64,000 nucleotides of DNA from an uncultured Gammaproteobacteria bacterium (GCA_964639785.1 CAZXEE010000001.1:115832-179831), one strand, 5' to 3'. Shown: positions 55,846 through 63,585, counted from the first letter of the stretch. Program-made: numbers and translations. Notes: generated from the letters alone by a model not told the origin.

Positions 55846-56904
55846 ATGATTATTGAATTAGATGATTATTGTTTGGAAATATTTTTCCAACATGCCCAAT
55901 TAGAGGTTACGGGAAGATGTAATATGCATTGTCATCATTGTCGTGCCTGGGATGAAGCTAAAATTGATCTTAGTTTCGCAAAAATTCAAAAGGTTATTGA
56001 CTTTTTGATTAGTGAGCGCGATCCAAAAGATTTACGTTTAACTATTTCTGGAGGGGAACCATTCTTAAGAAAGGACCTGGCTGAAATTATTTTTTTAGCA
56101 AAGGAGAAAGGAGTGGATAATATTATTATTACCACTAACGGATCCCTCGTTACTGAAAAAAAAATAAAAGAATTGACAGATATTGGTATCCAAAATTTGT
56201 CAATTCAGGTCAGTCTTGACGGTATATCCTCTGACATTCATGACTCTTTCAGGGAGTATAAAGGAGCTTTTAACAAGGCTATAAACGCCTTGAAGTTAGT
56301 GGCTGATTCACCTGCAATTGCTTCTTTGCGTACTACGGTTTTGCCAGGGACAATTAATGATTTAGAAAAGTTAGTTGACCTTGGTTTAAAATTAGGAGTC
56401 GAAAGAATTGGAATTGGTTCTGTAATACCTGCTGGCCGGGGCAAGATGGACGAATCTATTTTGATGAATCCAAATGAAAAAAAGGCTTTATTAACAAAAA
56501 TTACTAATCTTAAGAAGCTTTATCCAGGGCTAGATATTACCACTGAAGATCCTTTGAAATTTTGTACCAATGATCCAGTTTGGGAATATGGCGACTTTGA
56601 TATTAGCGATGATACCTTTTTTGGGGGTTGTACTGCTGGAATAACAGGATTTAATGTGGATAGTAGCGGGTTGGTTACTCCATGCGCTGTCTTCTTAGAG
56701 CCAATTTTGGTGGTTGAAAATCAAAGTATAGATTCTATGATTGAAGCCTATCAAAATTCAGGTGTTATCAAGGCCCTAGCTTCCAGAAAATTTTCTGGTA
56801 AATGCGGGTCTTGTTCGTTAAAACGTTTGTGCGGTGGTTGCAGGGCTGTTGCCCAGGGGTATTCCGGTGACTATTTAGGATCCGATCATACTTGTTGGAG
56901 ATAA
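55846..56904 (+). CDS. Radical SAM enzyme with C-terminal SPASM domain
   Basis: It has CNMHCHHC (CX3CX2C), the GGEPF SAM-binding motif, and the SPASM pattern GGC-x12-G-x4-C ... CGSCSLKRLCGGC ... C. A GGAGG SD lies 5 nt upstream, inside the end of the ThrRS-like gene. Confidence 0.85.
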   Translation: MIIELDDYCLEIFFQHAQLEVTGRCNMHCHHCRAWDEAKIDLSFAKIQKVIDFLISERDPKDLRLTISGGEPFLRKDLAEIIFLAKEKGVDNIIITTNGSLVTEKKIKELTDIGIQNLSIQVSLDGISSDIHDSFREYKGAFNKAINALKLVADSPAIASLRTTVLPGTINDLEKLVDLGLKLGVERIGIGSVIPAGRGKMDESILMNPNEKKALLTKITNLKKLYPGLDITTEDPLKFCTNDPVWEYGDFDISDDTFFGGCTAGITGFNVDSSGLVTPCAVFLEPILVVENQSIDSMIEAYQNSGVIKALASRKFSGKCGSCSLKRLCGGCRAVAQGYSGDYLGSDHTCWR

Positions 56905-56917
56905 TAAGTTTAATCCT

Positions 56918-56951
56918 GGGGTGAGGCTTGCCTCACCCCTTTAATTTTATT
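56918..56951 (+). terminator. Strong GC hairpin plus T-rich tail after the radical SAM gene
   Basis: ggggtgagg-cttg-cctcacccc (9-bp perfect stem) is followed by tttaattttatt. Confidence 0.65.
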
Positions 56952-56954
56952 GCC

Positions 56955-57749
56955 ATGGAAAGTCTGTTTGAATTATTTAATCAAAAATTTTTTGGAAAAG
57001 CTAAGATTGTAGTTATTGGCAGTAGTATCAGGAATAAATTAGCTGTTAATAATAATTGGCATTTTCCTGATTTGATAATAAAGCACCATCTTGATGTCTT
57101 GATTGAAATTCCGAGTATGAATGAGATAAAATTAGTTAACGAAATATTAAATTATTTCAAGGCTGATCCTATAACCGACTTGTGTTATTCTGCTGTAATT
57201 AATGGATTAGACTTAGAATTCATCGGCGTTATAATTAATAAAGAATTGTTTTCTGTCAAATTGGTAAAGCTGCCAGCTAGACCAGATTTAACAATAGAAA
57301 GATTCGGTTATTATAACACCATGGAGTGTTATGACGAGTCAGGAAATGGTTTTAGCGATTTTAATTCCAGAGAGTTAGTGTTGATGAATAATAATCTGTT
57401 CTTGCAAAAGTATTTAAAGGTCATGTCTCTGAAGTTCCAAACGGGATTTAATTTAGAAGATAACACCGCTAAACAAATTTATTTGTTTGAAAATAATTTG
57501 AATATTCCAGAAAAAAGACAGAAAATTAAGTTTGATTATAATAATAAATTGTTTAAATCTTACAAAAGATATGATCCTGGAGATATTTATCGGGTTGGTA
57601 TCCACGTTGCTTTGATGTATTTAAGGGCTAGGAGCTATGAAGAGGTCACTGATTATATTCATTCCCGCTATAAATTAAAGAAATATTTAGATTTTGTGGG
57701 TGTTGATTATCATAATTTTGAAATTCAGCTTAAAAATAAGTTATTTTGA
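56955..57749 (+). CDS. Hypothetical protein; possible divergent tRNA nucleotidyltransferase/poly(A) polymerase-head-like fold with degenerate catalytic motif
   Basis: ATG 56955 avoids the hairpin. VIGSSIRNKL..PDLII resembles GGxVRDxLL..DxD, RPDLTIERF resembles RRDFTINA, and YDESGNGFSDF resembles DpxgGxxDL. These are eye alignments only. Confidence 0.35.
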   Translation: MESLFELFNQKFFGKAKIVVIGSSIRNKLAVNNNWHFPDLIIKHHLDVLIEIPSMNEIKLVNEILNYFKADPITDLCYSAVINGLDLEFIGVIINKELFSVKLVKLPARPDLTIERFGYYNTMECYDESGNGFSDFNSRELVLMNNNLFLQKYLKVMSLKFQTGFNLEDNTAKQIYLFENNLNIPEKRQKIKFDYNNKLFKSYKRYDPGDIYRVGIHVALMYLRARSYEEVTDYIHSRYKLKKYLDFVGVDYHNFEIQLKNKLF

Positions 57750-57774
57750 CAAAAAGTTGTTAGGATAGTATAAT
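57746..57774 (+). promoter_or_regulatory. Perfect consensus sigma70 promoter
   Basis: TTGACA (57746-57751), exactly 17 nt, then TATAAT (57769-57774). It overlaps the stop codon of the upstream gene. Confidence 0.7.
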
Positions 57775-57826
57775 AAAACTAATAAATTTTTTGTGATCTA
57801 GTGTTTAATTTAAAAGTTCCTTTAAT

Positions 57827-57895
57827 ATGAAAAAGACTGTTAAAAAAGCGCGGATTGGTAAAAACACGTGCTCTACGAGCGGATCATATAAATAG
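57827..57895 (+). CDS. Candidate 22-aa peptide gene (possible RiPP-type precursor or small regulatory ORF)
   Basis: I translated it by hand as MKKTVKKARIGKNTCSTSGSYK. It sits between the consensus promoter and the repeated terminator. No convincing SD is present. Confidence 0.3.
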   Translation: MKKTVKKARIGKNTCSTSGSYK

Positions 57896-57947
57896 TCATA
57901 AATGACTGCCCGTGAAACGTTTAATCATCAAGAATTGATGGCCAAAA

Positions 57948-57977
57948 ATAAAACCCAGTACTAGATACTGGGTTTTT
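57948..57977. terminator. Bidirectional rho-independent terminator; copy 2 of the identical 30-nt hairpin repeat
   Basis: It is identical to 54216-54245 and lies between convergent units. Confidence 0.85.
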
Positions 57978-57994
57978 AATATTTTGAAAAAAAT

Positions 57995-59014
57995 TCATAT
58001 AAATTTTTTTTCAAAACAAGAGAAAACATTAATAGCATTTTCAAAAAATATATTCTGTTTAATAATATTAACTTTGTCGGATTTACTGAAATTTTTAAGC
58101 GCCTCTTTAAGTGCCAGGATAATTTGATAATGAAAGAACTTTTGTGGCCAGACATTTTCATTTTCTTTATATCTTTCTTTGGCCCAATGAAAATTTTCGC
58201 TAGTCTTTATTCTTAGCTTCCCCTGGTTGTCTAAACAGAAATTTCCATTAATAAAGCTGAATGGCGCATCGCTTCCGAAAATAATCTTTTTATACCCTAA
58301 AAACTCTAAAGCATTATAAAAGACCTCCGGGTCAGACACCATAGATGTATCCATGTAAATATTTTTTTGTTTAGCTATTTCTTTTAAGGCGAGCGGATAA
58401 TCCTTGGTATTTAAATAGACTACGCCCATGTGTGCTAAAACAAAATTAATATTAAGGTATTTTTTTGATAGATGCATTAACTCATCTAAATTATAGAATA
58501 AATTTTTTGGCAAATGAATGACTATGCTTTTTTTAAGAAAATTAATAATTTCTAATATTTCTTCGGGGAAGCAGTCGATAATTTTAACCTTATCTTTTGG
58601 TTGATCAAACGGCCTATACATTTTTAATCCATAAAATTTATCCAAATACTTTTCATTACTGATTGTTTGGTTTCCGCAGATGGCAACTGGTATTAAGTTG
58701 TTACATTTTAAGGATTTATTCAAGAGGTATTGGTTAATTTCCTTTTCAAAATTAGCCATATGAGGTAAACCAAATATAATTTGATGATAGTTAATGTTTG
58801 GAAATATTTTCTTAAAAATTTTTGCATAAAGCTCAATCGGAAAAAAATTAAAAGAGTTTCCTGGCATGGAAGCTTGTGGATCAATTAAGTCAAATGTTTC
58901 AATTTTTGGCGCTCCGTGGGTGTGGGCATCAATAACAGTTTTTGGCAAAAAATTATTTATTTCTTTAAAATAAATAAAATCCTGCCATTCATAGTTCAGA
59001 ATTTTTTCTATCAT
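57995..59014 (-). CDS. Metal-dependent amidohydrolase-fold (TIM-barrel) hydrolase
   Basis: The pattern VIDAHTHG near the N-terminus, VLAHMG, and IIFGSDAPF near the C-terminus is amidohydrolase_2-like. Confidence 0.65.
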   Translation of the reverse strand: MIEKILNYEWQDFIYFKEINNFLPKTVIDAHTHGAPKIETFDLIDPQASMPGNSFNFFPIELYAKIFKKIFPNINYHQIIFGLPHMANFEKEINQYLLNKSLKCNNLIPVAICGNQTISNEKYLDKFYGLKMYRPFDQPKDKVKIIDCFPEEILEIINFLKKSIVIHLPKNLFYNLDELMHLSKKYLNINFVLAHMGVVYLNTKDYPLALKEIAKQKNIYMDTSMVSDPEVFYNALEFLGYKKIIFGSDAPFSFINGNFCLDNQGKLRIKTSENFHWAKERYKENENVWPQKFFHYQIILALKEALKNFSKSDKVNIIKQNIFFENAINVFSCFEKKFI

Positions 59015-59183
59015 AGTTAATAATTTTTAAGGTTCAACAATTTGGAAAAATTAAAATAATTTCTTGATATGCAAGCTTATGGTTAATAAAATCAAATAAT
59101 TTAGTTAATGATACTGCCGTTTATAATTTAGAATGATTATCTGGCAAATATTTATTTTTTAAGGTTCGATAATATTAAAATAA

Positions 59184-59681
59184 TTATAGTTCTTTTTTCA
59201 TCGGTTGTACTTTTAATCCTCTGAATGATCTGATTCCGGTGGTTTTTTTATAATCTAATTTAGAATAGAAATTAGTGGCATACATAGAAGCCCTAATTTT
59301 TATAAATTTTGATCCTTCTTTTGTTGCTTGTTTTTCAAATAAAGATACTAGTTTTTTGCCAATACCATGATTATGAAATTTTCCATCAACAAAAAGATTT
59401 ATAATTCTATTATTTTTTCCTCTAATAATTCCGATTAATTTTTCTTCAGAAAAAGCTCCAATATTAATATTTAATTTTTTAAATTTTTCGGATAAATCTT
59501 CGGGTGTGTTTTTTGTGTTGTCATATTGCAATAGGAAGTTGGATACTGATTTTCTATCACCTTCTTTTAGGTTAAATGTCTGATAGGTTGTAAATATTAA
59601 TGCAGACATTATTGGTGACATTTTTTTGTCAATCTTAATAATTTTATATTTTATCATAGTTTTAATATAATTTGATTTCAT
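59184..59681 (-). CDS. GNAT family N-acetyltransferase
   Basis: It has the acetyl-CoA binding motif FVDGKFHNHGIGKKLV (Q/RxxGxG/A-like). The start is uncertain because of internal Met codons. Confidence 0.7.
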   Translation of the reverse strand: MKSNYIKTMIKYKIIKIDKKMSPIMSALIFTTYQTFNLKEGDRKSVSNFLLQYDNTKNTPEDLSEKFKKLNINIGAFSEEKLIGIIRGKNNRIINLFVDGKFHNHGIGKKLVSLFEKQATKEGSKFIKIRASMYATNFYSKLDYKKTTGIRSFRGLKVQPMKKEL

Positions 59682-59828
59682 ATTAAAAATAACATAAAAT
59701 TGACTAAAAAGTCAATAAAGTATTAAAAATGATTATGATTTATATGATTCAAAAAAGATGGGGCAAAAAGATGATTACTAGTTAATGTTTATTGATTTTT
59801 GATTTAGCTTTTTAGTGGTATTTCAGTT

Positions 59829-59857
59829 TTGACATTAGTTATCTCGCGTGATAATAT
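59829..59857 (+). promoter_or_regulatory. Candidate promoter for plsC
   Basis: TTGACA (59829-59834), a 17-nt spacer, then TAATAT (59852-59857) preceded by TG (extended -10). Confidence 0.5.
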
Positions 59858-59896
59858 AGGCAGTTATCCGTCCTTTAAACAAAAAATCAAATTATC

Positions 59897-60589
59897 ATGA
59901 AAAGAGTATTAAACACTTATCTTCGCGGCCTCTTTATGTTCCTGGCCATATTGATCATGAGCTTCTTCCTTCTGCCTTTTGTCTGCCTGTTTCCGAAAAA
60001 GTTGTACTGGGCTTGGGGTATATTAGCCAAAACAGTATTATTCATTCTGGGTGCCCGAGTAAAGATCCATGGCCAGATTCCGTCTGACGGCCGGCCATAT
60101 ATCATTGTGGGCAACCATACTTCATTCATCGATATCTTCTTGATCGCTGTCTATTTCCGGTCTAAGCCGGGAACAGTCTTTTTGCATCAGAAGCTATTGA
60201 AGATTCCGGTCTTGGGAATCTGGATGAAGCGCTTGAAAGTCATTCCGATCAATCCCCAGACTAATACCGGAGTCCTGGCTGGTATCAAGCGAGCTGTCCA
60301 TTGCTTGAAGGAAGAAAAGGTCAGCTTGGTCATCTTTCCAGAAGGAACGAGAACTAGCACGGGGCAGATGATTGATTTCAAGCCGGGAGCTTTGAGCATT
60401 GCAGTCCTTTCGCAGGCTGATATCATACCTTTGGCTTTTGTCGGTTCGTTTCAGTTTAAGCCGAAGAACCGCTGGTGGATAGAGCCGGGAGAAATCCATA
60501 TCCGGACTGGAGATATCATCCGCTCGGTTGGGAAGAGCAAAGAGGAGCTCTCTGTGACGACGCAGGAAGCGATTAGGAAGATGCTTTGA
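59897..60589 (+). CDS. plsC: 1-acyl-sn-glycerol-3-phosphate acyltransferase
   Basis: It has an N-terminal TM segment and the NHTSFID (HX4D) and FPEGTRT motifs. Confidence 0.85.
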   Translation: MKRVLNTYLRGLFMFLAILIMSFFLLPFVCLFPKKLYWAWGILAKTVLFILGARVKIHGQIPSDGRPYIIVGNHTSFIDIFLIAVYFRSKPGTVFLHQKLLKIPVLGIWMKRLKVIPINPQTNTGVLAGIKRAVHCLKEEKVSLVIFPEGTRTSTGQMIDFKPGALSIAVLSQADIIPLAFVGSFQFKPKNRWWIEPGEIHIRTGDIIRSVGKSKEELSVTTQEAIRKML

Positions 60590-60613
60590 AAAAAGAGATT
60601 GTTTAAGTGTAAT

Positions 60614-60649
60614 AAAAAACCCATGATTTTTTCATGGGTTTTATTTTTT
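60614..60649. terminator. Bidirectional rho-independent terminator
   Basis: aaaacccatga-ttttt-tcatgggtttt is flanked by A and T runs and lies between convergent plsC and the MFS gene. Confidence 0.8.
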
Positions 60650-61828
60650 TTAATTCTTAGTCCGAGCGAAGACTATCACGGTTATCAATAATATGATGCC
60701 GGACACCAGCCAGGAAGTATTGATGCTGTAACTGGTGGCTAGATAGCCGCTGATTATCAATCCGGCTGCATTGCCGCCGTTGTTAACCATGGCTTCGAAG
60801 GAGGGAATAGTAGTCCGGTGCTCGCTAGTGATATTGTCTTGCAACCAGATCTTCTTGAGCGGGACGATTGTCCCTCGGCTTACTTCATGGAGCATAAACC
60901 AAACAATTATCGGTATTATTCCCAGGCATTGGGTTGTTATGATAATGGCTATAGCCGTTATTCCTTGTAATAGGAATATTGTCCTGAGATTTACCGTTTT
61001 TCGGCTGATATACCATCCGACCAGCTTGGTACCCAAGAAAATCGAGATCGATATGCCGAAGAAAATCCAACCGGAATCGCTGGTTGTAAAGCCTTTACCT
61101 TGGAAAAATCCTTGCCATTGCATATTGAGGCCCATAAAACAAGCTGAAGCTATGGAGCTGAAAATAATCAGTTGCAAGATACTCCTGTTCTTTAGGCTGT
61201 GCTGGATGCCACTCTTCGATTTTTTGACAATCATTTTCCAAGAAGACCTGAGAGAAAATCTTTCTGGCCGGAAATTGGTTTCTTTCATAATAAGATAGAA
61301 AAGAGGAATGAGTAGGATTTGTCCTAGTGAAGCTGCTAGCCAGGGAAGGCCGAGATAGATTTGCCCTAGGTATCCGCCTAAGCAGCTGCCGACTCCGATT
61401 ACGATGAGGTCCAAGCTTTTACCTCGGGCGATCAGCTTTCTGATTGTTCCGGGAGGACTATCTTTCATTTCATCTACCATCCAAGAATCCAGAGCGCCAT
61501 AGACAAAGCTATTGCCTAGGGCGCCTAATATTTCCCAGCCGATGAACATCCAGATAGAAGAGCTGAGATAGTATCCGAAAAAGCACAGTGCTTTTAGGGC
61601 AGAGCCGAGGATAATGGAATTCTTTCGGCCGCAGCAATCCGCAAAAGCTCCGGTGGGGACCTGGAAGATGAAGTTACCGAGCATGAAGAAGGCATTAATC
61701 AGATTCATACCCATATAGCTTATCCCTTTGTCAGAGAGAAATAGCTGGTAGGTGGCGAAGATGAATGATTGGGCTAGCGCTAGGCCGGCCACAAACAACA
61801 GGTAGGATTGTTTGATTTTCTGTTCCAT
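60650..61828 (-). CDS. MFS transporter
   Basis: 392 aa with about 12 hydrophobic segments. The GAFADCCGRK loop resembles the MFS motif A between TM2 and TM3. Confidence 0.72.
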   Translation of the reverse strand: MEQKIKQSYLLFVAGLALAQSFIFATYQLFLSDKGISYMGMNLINAFFMLGNFIFQVPTGAFADCCGRKNSIILGSALKALCFFGYYLSSSIWMFIGWEILGALGNSFVYGALDSWMVDEMKDSPPGTIRKLIARGKSLDLIVIGVGSCLGGYLGQIYLGLPWLAASLGQILLIPLFYLIMKETNFRPERFSLRSSWKMIVKKSKSGIQHSLKNRSILQLIIFSSIASACFMGLNMQWQGFFQGKGFTTSDSGWIFFGISISIFLGTKLVGWYISRKTVNLRTIFLLQGITAIAIIITTQCLGIIPIIVWFMLHEVSRGTIVPLKKIWLQDNITSEHRTTIPSFEAMVNNGGNAAGLIISGYLATSYSINTSWLVSGIILLITVIVFARTKN

Positions 61829-61861
61829 GACTTTTGGTTTTTAGGTTGTTAATGGACTGAT

Positions 61862-61889
61862 AAAAAAACCGACCTGCTAAGCGGGTCGG
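61862..61889 (-). terminator. Minus-strand rho-independent terminator upstream of the MFS gene
   Basis: The stem ccgacc(tgc) / (gcg)ggtcgg has the A-run on the plus strand, which is a T-run on the minus strand. Confidence 0.6.
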
Positions 61890-61926
61890 AATATTTAGTC
61901 ATGGATATTATATTTTTTGAGTTTGG

Positions 61927-62061
61927 TTATTCTCTATAATTATCTCTTTTTTTGACAAAATGTTCCCATCCGCCTAGGATTCCTTTATCCAAAGCAAAGA
62001 CGCAGTCAATCTTGTGGTTGACTGGCTGTTGGGACCAATTTGTTCTGATAATAATAGACAT
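61927..62061 (-). CDS. Possible 44-aa small protein (below the ORF-track cutoff)
   Basis: I translated it by hand as MSIIIRTNWSQQPVNHKIDCVFALDKGILGGWEHFVKKRDNYRE. It is followed on its strand by the 61862-61889 terminator. Confidence 0.3.
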   Translation of the reverse strand: MSIIIRTNWSQQPVNHKIDCVFALDKGILGGWEHFVKKRDNYRE

Positions 62062-62167
62062 ATTTTTATAGTTACTATAATATACGGCCTTCAGGGCTTT
62101 TTGTTACAGCCTATTTGATAAAAAAAAAGAAATGGGTTAGAATAGAAACACATTTATTACTAAACAT

Positions 62168-63469
62168 ATGAACAGAATCTTAATCAAAGAAGCTAAGAAA
62201 CAGGGTCAGGGAGAGGTCTGCTTGTCCGGTTTCGTTTATAACCAGAGAGCCTTTAAAGGCTTGATTTTCGTGGATTTAAGGGATGTTTCCGGTCGGATAC
62301 AGCTGGTAATCGAAGAACAGAGCGCTGCGGCTTATAATGAGGCCACAAAACTTAGTTTGGAGAGCGTTATCAGTGTCAAAGGATCTCTCAAGGAAAAGCC
62401 GGTCAGGGGTGATGCTGCCGCTAAAGACTATGAATTATTGGTCAGTGACTTGGAAATCTTGAGCTTGGCTGCCGAGCAATTGCCAATCCCGGTCTTGCAG
62501 AAGATTGATAATGAAGCGGATATCGATTTACGCTTGAATTGGCGTTTTTTGGATATCAGGAGACCGGAAAACAAGCTGATCTTCCAGGTTTGGACTGAAT
62601 TAGAGAAAGGTTTCAGGGAATATTATGACCAAGCCGGTTATATCCAGATCTATACCCCGACTTTTATGAGTACTGCCAGTGAGACCGGAGCTGACGTCTT
62701 TGCCGTCAAATATTTCGACCGCCAAGCCTATCTAGCCCAGTCCCCTCAGTTCTACAAGCAGATGGCGATGTCTGCCGGTTTGGAGAAAGTCTTTATGGTC
62801 GGTACTGTCTATCGGGCCGAGAAGTCTTTTACCAACCGCCATGTGACCGAATTTACCGGTTGGGATTTTGAATTATCATACGTCAAGGATGTGGAAGAAG
62901 TGATGGCTGAAGAAGAACAGATGCTGATCCACGGTTTAGCTAACATCAAGAATAATCTCGGTTTGGAAATCGATGTCCCGCAAGCCCCATTCCCGCGTCT
63001 GACTCTAGCCCAGGCTAAAGAGAAATTGGCGACAGCCGGAATCAAAGGTGAAGCTCCGGATGATTTGAATCCGGAAGAAGAGAGAGGCATCTGCGAACTG
63101 ATTAAAGAGGAGACCGGTTGTGATTTTGTTTTTGTTACTGATTATCCGATCAGTGTCCGTCCTTTCTACCATATGCGCTATGAAAATGATCCGACATTGA
63201 CCAAGAGCTATGATTTGCTATACAAAGGCGTAGAGATCACTACCGGAGCGGTTCGGGAACATCGGATTGAGATCTTGGAGAAGCAAGCCTTGGAAAAAGG
63301 CATGAGTTTGGATGAATTGGCTGATTATCTCAATTTCTTCCGCTATGGCTGTCCGCCTCATGGCGGTGCCGGTATCGGTGCAGCTCGAATCGTGATGAGA
63401 ATGTTGGATTTGAAGAATATCAAGGAGGCTATTTACTTGCCACGTGATGTCAAACGCTTGAATCCTTAG
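62168..63469 (+). CDS. aspS: Aspartyl-tRNA synthetase, archaeal/eukaryotic type (possibly non-discriminating)
   Basis: 433 aa with an N-terminal OB fold, class IIb motifs YRAEKSFTNRHVTEF and PPHGGAGIGAARIVM, and the C-terminal PRDVKRLNP. Confidence 0.85.
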   Translation: MNRILIKEAKKQGQGEVCLSGFVYNQRAFKGLIFVDLRDVSGRIQLVIEEQSAAAYNEATKLSLESVISVKGSLKEKPVRGDAAAKDYELLVSDLEILSLAAEQLPIPVLQKIDNEADIDLRLNWRFLDIRRPENKLIFQVWTELEKGFREYYDQAGYIQIYTPTFMSTASETGADVFAVKYFDRQAYLAQSPQFYKQMAMSAGLEKVFMVGTVYRAEKSFTNRHVTEFTGWDFELSYVKDVEEVMAEEEQMLIHGLANIKNNLGLEIDVPQAPFPRLTLAQAKEKLATAGIKGEAPDDLNPEEERGICELIKEETGCDFVFVTDYPISVRPFYHMRYENDPTLTKSYDLLYKGVEITTGAVREHRIEILEKQALEKGMSLDELADYLNFFRYGCPPHGGAGIGAARIVMRMLDLKNIKEAIYLPRDVKRLNP

Positions 63470-63482
63470 TCTATTTTATGAG

Positions 63483-63510
63483 AAACCCGGCTTTTATGCC
63501 GGGTTTTTTG
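63483..63510 (+). terminator. Rho-independent terminator after aspS
   Basis: The stem aacccggc / gccgggtt has a 6-nt loop and is followed by a T6 run. Confidence 0.8.
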
Positions 63511-63585
63511 TTATGTGAGTCCTGGAATTTTCCTGCCGCTTGTGATATATTAATTATATAAATATATTAAATTAACTACATAATT

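Noticed and set aside
52797-59896. Calling the AT-rich island a mobile element.
   Set aside because: No integrase, transposase, conjugation or phage gene is present, and there is no tRNA target or flanking direct repeats at the borders. Only compositional evidence exists, so I report it as an island and not as a mobile_element feature.
60771-61298. A 175-aa plus-strand ORF lies inside the MFS transporter gene.
   Set aside because: It is antisense to a 12-TM transporter and has no motifs.
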